Assembly (NCBI GenBank): GCA_051382305.1
Contig: JBBCAV010000015.1
Coordinates: 1-20,085, forward strand
DNA: 20,085 nt
Source: Bdellovibrionota bacterium FG-2
GTDB lineage: Bacteria > Bdellovibrionota > UBA1018
Direction of reading: 5' to 3'
The notes under the pieces are model-generated. The model was given only the letters and a program-made list of their open reading frames with translations. It was not told the origin of the DNA and made no database searches. Numbering within the stretch: position 1 is the first letter of the stretch; the number at the start of each line of letters is the position of its first letter. Position numbers and translations under genes: made by a program. Shown piece by piece: positions 1 to 8,205 of the stretch.

Positions 1-112
1 AGGAGTTTTTGCTTGTTTTTATGAACCAGAGATGAGACTTTATGTTGGGCTGCTGCGACGAGGGCGTGTCATGATCGTTCCCTCCGTTGGGGTAGTTAAA
101 GTAACGTTATTT

Positions 113-147
113 AAAGCTCGGAATCTTAGTCCGGGCTTTTTTTATTT
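113..147 (+). terminator. Hairpin plus T-tract (intrinsic terminator-like), possibly within an IS end
   Basis: AAAGCTCGGA(113-122)/TCCGGGCTTT(130-139) stem with one G-U pair, running into a T-rich tract. Confidence 0.5.
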
Positions 148-208
148 GTACCCTCCATCCTAAAATCCGCAACAATTTTATCAGATCACGGCGGCGAGGT
201 GAACGGGC

Positions 209-502
209 TTATCCGGCTGCCATTGCCCCTAGATCGGTCTGAAGATAGAGATTGTTCACTTTCGAAATGTCCTCAGGAATATTCGAGAACGAAAGTTTTT
301 TTGGCGTCATGCGATGAGTGGGGTGAATGTCCTTTAAGATTGAACGTAATTTTTCAATATTTTGTGGAGTGAGTAGCAGGCAAAGGTCTAGATCCTGCGT
401 GACCATTGCTGAGCCGTGAAGTACGCCAGCAAATCCGCCAACCACGACGAATTCAATCTTTTGATTGATGAAGATCTGAAGAAGGCGATTTAGGCTTTGG
501 AT
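209..502 (-). pseudogene. Truncated nucleotidyltransferase (MNT-like) gene
   Basis: IEFVVVGGFAGVLHGS..TQDLDLC is a GG..DxD nucleotidyltransferase motif. The frame is open up to an ATC at 502 with SD GGAGAG. It ends abruptly at LQTDLGAMAAG*, much shorter than expected for the family. Confidence 0.7.
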
Positions 503-675
503 AGAAGCTCTCCGGCCTTTCTCAGTTCATTGACGAGTTCTAGTGCTGATTCATGACGCTCGATGCGTTCTTGAGGAGAAAGATCGAGGTTTACATCCAA
601 TAAGCTAACGTCGATTCCATACGCAATCGCATCAGTAATCGCGTCGGGAGGTGGATTGTGCTTTTCTTTTTTCAT
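490..675 (-). CDS. Small partner protein upstream of the nucleotidyltransferase (antitoxin-like)
   Basis: ATG at 675 with SD GAGGTG. GIDVSLLDVNLDLSPQERIERH resembles small proteins that precede MNT genes. It overlaps the start of the MNT frame. Confidence 0.6.
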   Translation of the reverse strand: MKKEKHNPPPDAITDAIAYGIDVSLLDVNLDLSPQERIERHESALELVNELRKAGELLSKA

Positions 676-729
676 GGGGACGTCACCTCGATCATGAGCT
701 CGTCTCATCTCTAGCTGAGGTTCTCGTCA

Positions 730-740
730 AAAATTGGCGT
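730..740 (+). repeat. att core, tRNA-distal copy (AAAATTGGCGT)
   Basis: Identical to 11876-11886. Joining the copies gives an in-frame alternative LSR C-terminus. Confidence 0.8.
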
Positions 741-794
741 ACCGAAATAGAGTTGTTCCGAAACGCCTGTGCCGAATACACCTCAGCGGCATAG
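735..794 (+). other. Detached 3' segment of the LSR gene (WRTEIELFRNACAEYTSAA*), coding only after excision
   Basis: TGG CGT ACC GAA ATA GAG TTG TTC CGA AAC GCC TGT GCC GAA TAC ACC TCA GCG GCA TAG, in phase with LSR codon W527. Confidence 0.75.
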
Positions 795-951
795 TGGCCT
801 ATTCCTTTGAAAAAATCCATAGCTAAGAAATCTTAAGGAGTCTGGTAAGATATGGCCCCATGTCCGAGCATTTGGTCGTCCAAATGAATCCTGTTTAGCG
901 TTTCAGCTTAGTGGGGAAGCTTTCGTCATTTTATTAACGCTTGAATTTTAG

Positions 952-1146
952 GTGGAAATTGCCGATATTGCTTATGTGAAGAAGCTTCAATTCTCTAAGA
1001 CCAAGCGGCAACAGCAACCCAAGAAGAAGGGTGCTCCCTCTTCTTTTCTCGTGCGCCTCGCCCAGGATTGGTCAAAAGTTAAGTCTTCTATCCCTCTTTC
1101 GATCATCGCCGCCGACCGTCGCGCTGCCGCTTCCAAGAACTCCTAG
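952..1146 (+). CDS. Small basic hypothetical protein
   Basis: 64-aa ORF ending 6 bp before the 346-aa gene; no motif recognised. Confidence 0.3.
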   Translation: MEIADIAYVKKLQFSKTKRQQQPKKKGAPSSFLVRLAQDWSKVKSSIPLSIIAADRRAAASKNS

Positions 1147-1152
1147 TTTCCT

Positions 1153-2193
1153 GTGAAAAAATCTATCCGATCCTACAAGTCTGCGATGTATGCCACAAGA
1201 GGGGATGCCCTGAAAACTGGCGACATCATCAAGCTCACGTCTGCGGATTTTCAGCGAATCGTAAAGCATCAGAGTATTCTTCAAGTGCTCAATCAATTTT
1301 CTGCCGATGACAAGTACACGGGGAACCTGTGGGCGGTTCTAAATAAGCCGTGTGACATGGTTCACAGCCAGAATCAGAAGTTTAAGCACAATTTGTTTTT
1401 GTGCCCTTTACAGGGGTTTTTGTCGGCCATCAAGTTCGGTCCTCTTGACGATTGTTTGCACTCTGCGACAACGAAGACGCCCGCAGCCGCACTTAAAGAT
1501 GCTTTCAGTAATTACACGCGGCGAAATACCAAGGAAAAGTATCCAAGGCCTTCTGAAAAGGCCGCGCCAGAATATGCAAAAGAGGTAGAGAATCTTGCTC
1601 GGCCCGCTATTGAAAAGATACGAGAGTTGGTCGGTGAGTTAAGCACCGAGGACGATGATCCCGAAGGGATTCTGTCGGATTTGAGGAAAGCAGTACGAAA
1701 GAACCGACTTGCTTATCAAGACTTAAAGACGTTTGGCGAGAGCAGCGAGTTTCAAAAGGTAATAGACGCTCACAAGCGGAGTATTCAGCGGCAGAAGGCG
1801 GTCATCATATCTCCGGCAAAGCACGACAAGGTCGCTGACCTTTGCTTAAATCAATTCGATACCCAAGGTATCTTTTTGTACGAGCCGCATCAGAGAATCT
1901 GGAAGGTCAGCAACGATTTGGTGCATATTATTCGCCTTGAGGAGATGCTAACGCTGAAAGTTAAACCCTTACTCCGAGATAATGGTGAGTTAGTGCATTT
2001 GCTTTTGGATCGCCGGGTTATTAGCCTGACGGAAAATTTCTCAGACCGCCTTCAGAACATTATGGGTAATTACTACTCGAAGATTGGAACAGATGACGTG
2101 TCCTCATCTCCAATCATGGAACTTTACCATCGGCTCTTTCCAAAGAAATTCTTTTGGACCCCGACTGACTATGAAAAAAGATCCTCACAATAA
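1153..2193 (+). CDS. Hypothetical cargo protein with GDI..PCD..CPL..RxxSL..Y(S)KIG pattern (possible PemK/MazF-like fold, candidate defence gene)
   Basis: 346-aa ORF with TGDII, AVLNKPCDM, LFLCPL and RRVISLTENFSDRLQNIMGNYYSKIG. Family assignment is inferred. Confidence 0.6.
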   Translation: MKKSIRSYKSAMYATRGDALKTGDIIKLTSADFQRIVKHQSILQVLNQFSADDKYTGNLWAVLNKPCDMVHSQNQKFKHNLFLCPLQGFLSAIKFGPLDDCLHSATTKTPAAALKDAFSNYTRRNTKEKYPRPSEKAAPEYAKEVENLARPAIEKIRELVGELSTEDDDPEGILSDLRKAVRKNRLAYQDLKTFGESSEFQKVIDAHKRSIQRQKAVIISPAKHDKVADLCLNQFDTQGIFLYEPHQRIWKVSNDLVHIIRLEEMLTLKVKPLLRDNGELVHLLLDRRVISLTENFSDRLQNIMGNYYSKIGTDDVSSSPIMELYHRLFPKKFFWTPTDYEKRSSQ

Positions 2194-2197
2194 ATGG

Positions 2198-2216
2198 CGT
2201 CGGATCTAATCCGACG
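2198..2216. other. Perfect 8-bp hairpin after the 346-aa gene
   Basis: CGTCGGAT-CTA-ATCCGACG; no T-tract. Confidence 0.45.
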
Positions 2217-2420
2217 GCAAGTGGCCAAATTTCATAAGTGAGGCCGGTCTTTTGTGTACTACGAAAACTCGATAAAGGTGGACGTTTTGATGGCAAAAGT
2301 TTGTGCGCACAAATGAGCGTTGCTGACCGCCCCCCGCCGAACTTCTCCGGTTCTGGTGAAATTATTAGCTTCTTCCGACAAGGCAATTGACCACTCATGG
2401 TCAAAGGGGAGGAAAACGAT

Positions 2421-3074
2421 ATGTCACGCCTGTCATCAGCAATCGAAGCCGCAGTCATCGCCGCCTTCGAGGACTCCGGTTCAATCAGCAAAGCGGCAAG
2501 CCTTAATCGAGTGGCCCGGAATACGGCAAAACGTATTCTAAGGGATGCGGAGATACTTCCAACGGCTTGCGCTATAAATGCGAGCGCAGAAGTAATGGGG
2601 CCTTGTCCGGCGCCATTCAAACCACTTTTCGAGCCTGACTTGCTAATGCTTCAGGGCATGTTGGATCGGTTTCCAGTGGGTCCACAGCCATTCAAACAAT
2701 CGAACACTCCGCTGCCTGAGACGACCCAGATCAGTTTTAAAGAAAATGTTATTGAACGGACAAAGGTGATTGCCGCGCACCTTGGGGTTGATAATGAACT
2801 TGATGCCTTGAAGCTGCAAGTGGTGATGTCGGAATTTGTGTCGCATCTGATACTCAGTTACCAATCTTTGGCGAGCACTGCTGACTACCTTCAGTTCAAG
2901 GATCTGGCCAAGATGGCCCGTAGAACGCGCTCACTCGGCAGCATTGCGAGTGAACACTATAGGAACTTCATGAACGGCATTCGCGACCTTGAGATTACAT
3001 ATCGCCGTCGCCTACCCGATATGGGGCGGGGTAATTCTTTTATCAACATCCATGGCCCCTCTGTGGAGGCATGA
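2421..3074 (+). CDS. HTH-containing protein, possibly terminase small subunit-like
   Basis: ATG at 2421 with SD GGGGAGG. N-terminal HTH SISKAASLNRVARNTAKRIL, helical core and C-terminal beta-strand-like SFINIH. Confidence 0.55.
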   Translation: MSRLSSAIEAAVIAAFEDSGSISKAASLNRVARNTAKRILRDAEILPTACAINASAEVMGPCPAPFKPLFEPDLLMLQGMLDRFPVGPQPFKQSNTPLPETTQISFKENVIERTKVIAAHLGVDNELDALKLQVVMSEFVSHLILSYQSLASTADYLQFKDLAKMARRTRSLGSIASEHYRNFMNGIRDLEITYRRRLPDMGRGNSFINIHGPSVEA

Positions 3075-3077
3075 CGA

Positions 3078-3356
3078 ATGAAGATGTGCAGATCCTTGCA
3101 ATACGGGCTGCTATTGCATCAGGCACTTCACGATCCAGATGGCTTCGCTGCATTGATGAAATCGGATGAAGGCCTGGCGTTAAGCAAAAAACACAACCTT
3201 GCAGACGTTTTGTCGCTGGCCCTAAGCTGGCGCGATCATGGTGAGGAGGACCTCAAGCGGCTCACCGAGGAGTGGGACGTCATGGATGTCAAAAGCGGTA
3301 GAGATATCCTGCCCACCAAGAAAGAGCAGTTGTTCCCGAAAATCCAGCAGTGTTAA
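3078..3356 (+). CDS. Hypothetical protein
   Basis: SD GGAGG (3065-3069) 8 nt before the ATG; follows the HTH gene; overlaps the convergent PEGA gene by 68 bp. Confidence 0.5.
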   Translation: MKMCRSLQYGLLLHQALHDPDGFAALMKSDEGLALSKKHNLADVLSLALSWRDHGEEDLKRLTEEWDVMDVKSGRDILPTKKEQLFPKIQQC

Positions 3357-5106
3357 GGTATTTATCAAATCCCGCTTGTAGGGTTAGGCAATGATGGATC
3401 GAGGGGTTCCTGCTTAGTAGTTTATACCCTACAACTCCACCCATCCGCGCCTGGTTAAATTTGGCGACTGTCACTGTCTGGCCTGGTCCATTGCGTTCCA
3501 ATTCACCATGACTGTTGGTTGAGGAATTATCGGGAATGTTTTCCGCTGAGTAGGTGTGTTGAGCGTAACCGATAGTAGGTCCAGCAAATAGCCAGCCAAT
3601 TGCTTGCTCTGACGGATTCCCTGATTCAAACAAATAGAATGGCACGGCAGCGTAATAGTCAGACCCCGTCAAGATAACTGGAACATCTGCCTGTTTTGCT
3701 CCATAAGAATAGAAATTATACGTCATTGAGGTAGAACCGTTAGACCCTCCGGTACCACCGGCACCGAACTTGATTCCGATTCGCCGTTTGAGTTTGTACT
3801 CAATATCAATAGAGACACGCAGAAAGTCAGCGCCAATGCTTTCTTTTACGGTCTTCCCCCCCTGGCCAATACCAAACCCAATAAACAAATAGGCTGCGTG
3901 AAGACTTCCCAGCGCCTCAATCCGAGCGCGCTCGGCATCACGCTCTTGCTCTTCTTCGCGTTCCTGCCTTCTAATTTGCTCCAGAGAGACGAGTCGAACC
4001 GTCGGCAGCATAAGTTTTTCGCCCCCACGCAGCTCGATGTGTTGATTGAAGTCCTGGTAGCCATTCTTTCTTAACGCGATGTCGTGGCTCCCGGCTGGCA
4101 CCTGCTGAAATCCCATTGGTGTTCGGAGATTCGCAAGTGGGCGCTCATCAATAATGATCTCGGCACCAGAGGGGGAGCTTGTTACCGCGACAAGAGCTGG
4201 CTTGAGCGTCAAAACTAGTGGCAGGTCAACCTCTTGGTCCTTGAGTATTTCTTTTTCTGTGACAAGTGGCTCACCTTCAGCATGGCTGACCTCGATCCTG
4301 ATGCTCTTTCCAGCGGTTACAATGACGTAATCCGTGGGGGTGGTTCCAATCCGTTTCCCGTCGATGACCACATGTGCGTTCGGAAGGTTGGTCGTGACTC
4401 TTATTTTACCGCTGGCTGGAACTAGGATTTTGTTGACTGCGACCTTGGCTCCAGGAACAACGATTATCTTTTCCTCGATTGCCTCATAAGCGGTGTCCTC
4501 AATGCGAACGATGTGTTCTCCCGTCGTTAGTTGCCCAATCAGGCGCAGCGGTGTCCGTCCCCATCGCTCTCCGTCAATATAGACGCTCGCGCTCGGATTG
4601 CTCGTTACTTCAATTGTTCCCCTGACTGCATCGAGGGCGTTGCCTTGCTGTGTGAAAACAAGGGGCGCTTCCGCCTCTTTGACTGTTGTCAGCCGAGCCT
4701 TTTCTCTCTCTATCGCGACCTTCGGATACCGATAAAGTACCCAGACGTTTACCCGTCCATCTGGACTTTGCTCTCGATAAAACTCGACCTGCTCAAAATC
4801 GTGCAGTCCGACCAGGCGTGATCGCTCATCAATACGTTTAGTGACTTGCGCTCTGTCGCTTTGCTCGTAGGATTGGGTATTTATCCGAGTTTTAAATCCA
4901 AAGTTTTCTCGAATGGCAGCATCGCTAGCATCTCTCACCGCCTCGTCCACTGCCACTCGATCATTAGCAGCGCCTGACGAGCGTCCGATATAATACTTAT
5001 CGGTTTTGGTTTGGGCGGGGGGATGGTCGAGCCATTCGGGGCGAGATGCGGCAAAAGCGAGCCCTGGAATGAGAAAAAGTAGCCACAGATCACGTGATAA
5101 TCGCAC
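3289..5106 (-). CDS. Exported PEGA-domain protein with N-terminal LPP20-like domain and probable C-terminal outer-membrane beta-barrel
   Basis: Signal peptide, then RPEWL..YYIGRS. Three PEGA-like repeats (VTSNPSASVYIDGERWGRTP, VTTNLPNAHVVIDGKRIGTTP, VTSSPSGAEIIIDE..TP), a charged linker and a C-terminal GYLYRF. Confidence 0.8.
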   Translation of the reverse strand: MRLSRDLWLLFLIPGLAFAASRPEWLDHPPAQTKTDKYYIGRSSGAANDRVAVDEAVRDASDAAIRENFGFKTRINTQSYEQSDRAQVTKRIDERSRLVGLHDFEQVEFYREQSPDGRVNVWVLYRYPKVAIEREKARLTTVKEAEAPLVFTQQGNALDAVRGTIEVTSNPSASVYIDGERWGRTPLRLIGQLTTGEHIVRIEDTAYEAIEEKIIVVPGAKVAVNKILVPASGKIRVTTNLPNAHVVIDGKRIGTTPTDYVIVTAGKSIRIEVSHAEGEPLVTEKEILKDQEVDLPLVLTLKPALVAVTSSPSGAEIIIDERPLANLRTPMGFQQVPAGSHDIALRKNGYQDFNQHIELRGGEKLMLPTVRLVSLEQIRRQEREEEQERDAERARIEALGSLHAAYLFIGFGIGQGGKTVKESIGADFLRVSIDIEYKLKRRIGIKFGAGGTGGSNGSTSMTYNFYSYGAKQADVPVILTGSDYYAAVPFYLFESGNPSEQAIGWLFAGPTIGYAQHTYSAENIPDNSSTNSHGELERNGPGQTVTVAKFNQARMGGVVGYKLLSRNPSIHHCLTLQAGFDKYLNTAGFSGTTALSWWAGYLYRF

Positions 5107-5121
5107 GCTGCCTCCGCGCCT

Positions 5122-5739
5122 TTATTCCTGCGATTGACTCGCTTTCTCAGGTATGGCGATGGCCGGAGCTGCCTTGAAAAATTCTACCTGCTTGGTGGTA
5201 ATGGCTTCCTTGATTCGCATGTCTACTGCGATGATCTTGTTAAGTATGCCCTGTTTTGTGGTGTTGTAGGCGGCCAGCGAAATCTCACTCAGAACGTAGC
5301 ATTCCACTCGCTCTGTCTGCTCAGCGCGAAACCGCTCATAGAATTCTTCGGTGAATCTAAGTCCCGTAAGAGTCCCGCCAAACTCAGCGGTTCTGACCTT
5401 GCCGAGCACTGTTTCGCCTGACTCCTGAAGCGTCGTTTGAGCATTGTCGATGGTTCCCTTGATGTCGTTCTTGATTTCAGAGACAAGATTTTCCTTGGTT
5501 TGCAACTTGGCTAGGTCGAAGCAGCCATTCACGCGCTCATCACCCCGAACTTGTTGAGAAGTCTTGAATAGATACTTGTCACCGTCTTGCCAAAATGTTT
5601 TTGAGTTCCTAACGAAGCTTGGGACATCGTTTTCTTTGTGAAGCGAGTTATCCAGCCATTCACGCTTGAGGCCGGTTGAGGAACAGCCAAGAAATACTGT
5701 TGTCAACAGGACTCCCGTCAACGTTACTTTGAGTGTCAT
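5122..5739 (-). CDS. Lipoprotein (LPP20-like)
   Basis: ATG at 5739 with SD AAAGGA; lipobox FLGC followed by SST. Confidence 0.7.
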   Translation of the reverse strand: MTLKVTLTGVLLTTVFLGCSSTGLKREWLDNSLHKENDVPSFVRNSKTFWQDGDKYLFKTSQQVRGDERVNGCFDLAKLQTKENLVSEIKNDIKGTIDNAQTTLQESGETVLGKVRTAEFGGTLTGLRFTEEFYERFRAEQTERVECYVLSEISLAAYNTTKQGILNKIIAVDMRIKEAITTKQVEFFKAAPAIAIPEKASQSQE

Positions 5740-5798
5740 TTTTGATCCTTTCATGGAACTGCGATTGAGATGTGCGACCATGTGGTGATCCGTCTCAA

Positions 5799-6485
5799 TC
5801 ACAGAAGTTTTTGTTTCCAACTACTAAACTTATTCCTAATTGTGTTCCAAGTGGACTGATACATTGGGATATTTAGGCCTTTTTGAAAATCTTCTTGCGA
5901 ACACGCAACCCATTTTCCATTCCGCATAACCGAATACTTTCTCAGATCACCCAACTCCATGTAGAGATAGAGTTCTGGTATCGTGATCTTTTGGAGAAGG
6001 GCTGGGTCGTCGTCAGCAATTATCTTCTTAGCCGTCTCTCCACCGTCCATAAAGAACCAGGTTTCCCCATTGTCCTCGGTGAGTCCGACCAATGAGCTGT
6101 AAATGGTGCCCTTTGCATCGTTGCGACTTGTGGGGGCTTCAGTGGGAATAACCGCCGCCCAAGCAGCCTTACCCTTCTGTATCTCGCTGGGTTTTCCTGC
6201 TTTTAGTTGGTTGACGGCAAACCCCATCTCTTGCTTATATTTAGCCGTAACCATTTGTAACATTTTGCTGTAGCCTTCAGCGCCGCCGAATGATTGCAGG
6301 ATATTGGGCAGGGCGAAGGAAGCCATTGTTATGTAGTCTTCATGAGCGTAGGCATCGACATATCTACCTACCGCTTGACGGAGAGTTTGGTCTGGGTTGA
6401 TTTTTTCTTCTGCTGTGGCAAAAGCGGAGGCAAACATAGCAAAACAAACAGCCAATGTTACCTTCGATAACTTTTTGACGGCCAT
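5799..6485 (-). CDS. Secreted hypothetical protein
   Basis: SD AGGAGA; Sec signal peptide ending ATA; TEDNGETWFFMD motif. Confidence 0.7.
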   Translation of the reverse strand: MAVKKLSKVTLAVCFAMFASAFATAEEKINPDQTLRQAVGRYVDAYAHEDYITMASFALPNILQSFGGAEGYSKMLQMVTAKYKQEMGFAVNQLKAGKPSEIQKGKAAWAAVIPTEAPTSRNDAKGTIYSSLVGLTEDNGETWFFMDGGETAKKIIADDDPALLQKITIPELYLYMELGDLRKYSVMRNGKWVACSQEDFQKGLNIPMYQSTWNTIRNKFSSWKQKLL

Positions 6486-6496
6486 CTTCTCTCCTG

Positions 6497-6880
6497 TTAC
6501 GGTTTTCGACCGCTACCCGTTTTCCTGATCAACCGCTTCGCTGATATTCTGTAAATTCCTTCAAGCCCGGAATCATGCTCTTCAAACAAAACTTCCAATG
6601 GAATTTGATCAGGGGTTTGATTTCCGTGAGTTCCGAGACACAGATACTCAAATGAAACGCCAAGACCTGTCGCCAGAGCCGCGACTTTGTGCAAGTCAGC
6701 CGGTTGTGCTCCGGATGCCCAATCGGCAATTGTACTCGCACTTACGCTGGCAATCTCGGCGGCAGCTCGATGGGTAAGATTACGCTCCTTGAGTAAGCGC
6801 GAGAGATTACTGGCCAAGGTGCCCTGCACCTTGCCTCGCCGTGGGCGCTTTGCTTCCTTCGTCATGATTCGATTTTCCAT
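6497..6880 (-). CDS. XRE-family HTH transcriptional regulator
   Basis: LASNLSRLLKERNLTHRAAAEIASVSASTIADWASG..KVAALATGLGVSFEYL. Start is 6880 or 6865 rather than 7027. Confidence 0.85.
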   Translation of the reverse strand: MENRIMTKEAKRPRRGKVQGTLASNLSRLLKERNLTHRAAAEIASVSASTIADWASGAQPADLHKVAALATGLGVSFEYLCLGTHGNQTPDQIPLEVLFEEHDSGLEGIYRISAKRLIRKTGSGRKP

Positions 6881-6898
6881 CAAAGCCGCTTGAAGGGT

Positions 6899-6937
6899 CG
6901 AATTATTCGGAGAACCGTTGTTACGTTCGAAGAACCG
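6899..6937. promoter_or_regulatory. Putative XRE operator repeats
   Basis: TTCGGAGAACCG (6906-6917) and TTCGAAGAACCG (6926-6937) start 20 bp apart, plus palindrome CGAATTATTCG (6899-6909), just upstream of the XRE gene. Confidence 0.5.
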
Positions 6938-7054
6938 ATCAACTGGGCTAATTGCTGTCGTGGGACTCTTCTTTTTCATCGCAGCTCCATAGGAGAAACC
7001 TTTACGATGATTGGGGGACGTCTCCAAAGCTCAGTCGATTGTGGCGGCTGTTTC

Positions 7055-7789
7055 CTAGTCATCGCCATCCCCCCTTTTGAAGTTCGTATTTCGCAGAAAC
7101 GCGCTCACAACACTCTTAGGTTTTTTGGCGGGGACTATAGCGTGAAGTTCAGCTTTCTCACACTTATCTGAACTTGGCGGGGCATAGAGGTCCAAGTTGT
7201 CGAGCGTTCCTACGGCGTGAGCGTACAAGTTGGTCACGCTAATTGAGTGATGGCCCAGGTTGTCGCGGACAGTGCCAAGGCCGACTTTGCCGGATGCCAG
7301 GAGGAGCGAGCAATAGGTGTGGCGCAAACAATGGGTTGATAACTGGGTCGGAAAGCTCAAGACAGCGAAGATCAGCTTCACTCGTTTTTGAACGCCGCGA
7401 GTCGTGTAAGCTGTACTGTAGCGGCTGGGAAATAGCGGCGCTGTTGGAGCCGATTCGCTGCCAAGCCTCTCCTTAATCAATAGCCATTCCTTGAGCATAT
7501 TCGCCGTTGTGCGAGTCAGGAGGACGGTTCGTGGGACATCGCCTTTGCCATGACGTACCGCAAGCCTAAGTCCCGCAAAATCGCTATTTTCAAGAGCGCA
7601 GAGTTCAAAAACACGAAGCCCCGTTTCGAGCAGCGTGCGAAGCAAGTAGAAGTCGCGAATGCCTTGAAGATTCTTGCTTCTGGCAAGAGCAAGATCGCGG
7701 CGATCAGTGAGATAGGCGTTAAGTCGCTCAATCTGAGTCAGGGTTAAGAACTTGTCTGAAGTTACTCGCCATTTCTTTCGTTTAGACAT
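7055..7789 (-). CDS. Tyrosine recombinase, catalytic domain only (resolvase/invertase-like)
   Basis: TGLRVFEL, GKG, HCLRHTY, LGH and TNLY supply the catalytic R-K-H-R-H-Y residues. ATG at 7789 with SD AGGAG. No arm-binding or SAM-like N-terminal domain. Confidence 0.9.
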   Translation of the reverse strand: MSKRKKWRVTSDKFLTLTQIERLNAYLTDRRDLALARSKNLQGIRDFYLLRTLLETGLRVFELCALENSDFAGLRLAVRHGKGDVPRTVLLTRTTANMLKEWLLIKERLGSESAPTAPLFPSRYSTAYTTRGVQKRVKLIFAVLSFPTQLSTHCLRHTYCSLLLASGKVGLGTVRDNLGHHSISVTNLYAHAVGTLDNLDLYAPPSSDKCEKAELHAIVPAKKPKSVVSAFLRNTNFKRGDGDD

Positions 7790-7810
7790 TGCATTGCTCC
7801 TTAAAAAGAC

Positions 7811-7878
7811 AGTAACACTAAGCGTTACTAATTTCAATACGAAAATGTATTGACCGTAAATACATAATACAATACACT
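7811..7878. promoter_or_regulatory. Divergent control region with sigma70-like promoter and repeats
   Basis: TTGACC(7850-7855)-N17-TACACT(7873-7878). Inverted repeats AGTAAC-N7-GTTACT (7811-7829) and TCAATAC-N6-GTATTGA (7834-7853). AATAC occurs at 7836, 7859, 7866 and 7871. Confidence 0.65.
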
Positions 7879-7886
7879 TTTATTAT

Positions 7887-8093
7887 ATGAGCGATCATCC
7901 GAGTTTTAAACGACCTGCCGAAATGAAAATCAAGGCCGACGAGCGCGTTCCGGTGTCGACAAGGATTCATGAATCCACCAGAGATTTTCTTAATCGTGAG
8001 GCAGAGAAAAATGGCCTATCGCTCGCTTTACTTCTGTCCAATGTGATCGAAGATTATGCGACGTGGTTGAGAGCTGAATCGAAGAAGAAATAG
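7887..8093 (+). CDS. Ribbon-helix-helix (CopG/Arc-like) DNA-binding protein
   Basis: VPVSTRIHESTRDFLNREAEKNGLSLALLLSNVIEDY fits a beta-alpha-alpha pattern. Confidence 0.75.
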   Translation: MSDHPSFKRPAEMKIKADERVPVSTRIHESTRDFLNREAEKNGLSLALLLSNVIEDYATWLRAESKKK

Positions 8094-8205
8094 CGCAGTT
8101 TGCCTCTAAGCTGACGAAAGGAGTCTTCATGATCCGAGTAAACTTCAGCCCCAAAACCCACACTACCAGTTCCTTCGTATTCGTCACAAGTAGAGGGGGT
8201 CGGTA

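Noticed and set aside
41-73. SD-preceded ATG on the minus strand as a transposase start
   Set aside because: Stops after 10 codons; cannot be evaluated at the window edge
2195-2201. TGGCGTC matching the tRNA 3' end as an alternative att
   Set aside because: Only 7 bp, part of a hairpin, and would end the LSR at WRRI*. The 11-bp copy at 730 fits better.
2114-2620. 168-aa minus-strand ORF and similar shadow ORFs (e.g. 17487-17984, 17861-18310, 14373-14693)
   Set aside because: Overlap better-supported genes and show no recognisable motifs
6881-7027. N-terminal extension of the XRE ORF
   Set aside because: Covers operator-like repeats and has no domain character; probably promoter DNA
7055-7789. 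Tyrosine recombinase as the element's integrase, or as an integron integrase
   Set aside because: Internal position, no N-terminal binding domains, no IntI insertion or attC arrays seen, and the LSR overlaps att
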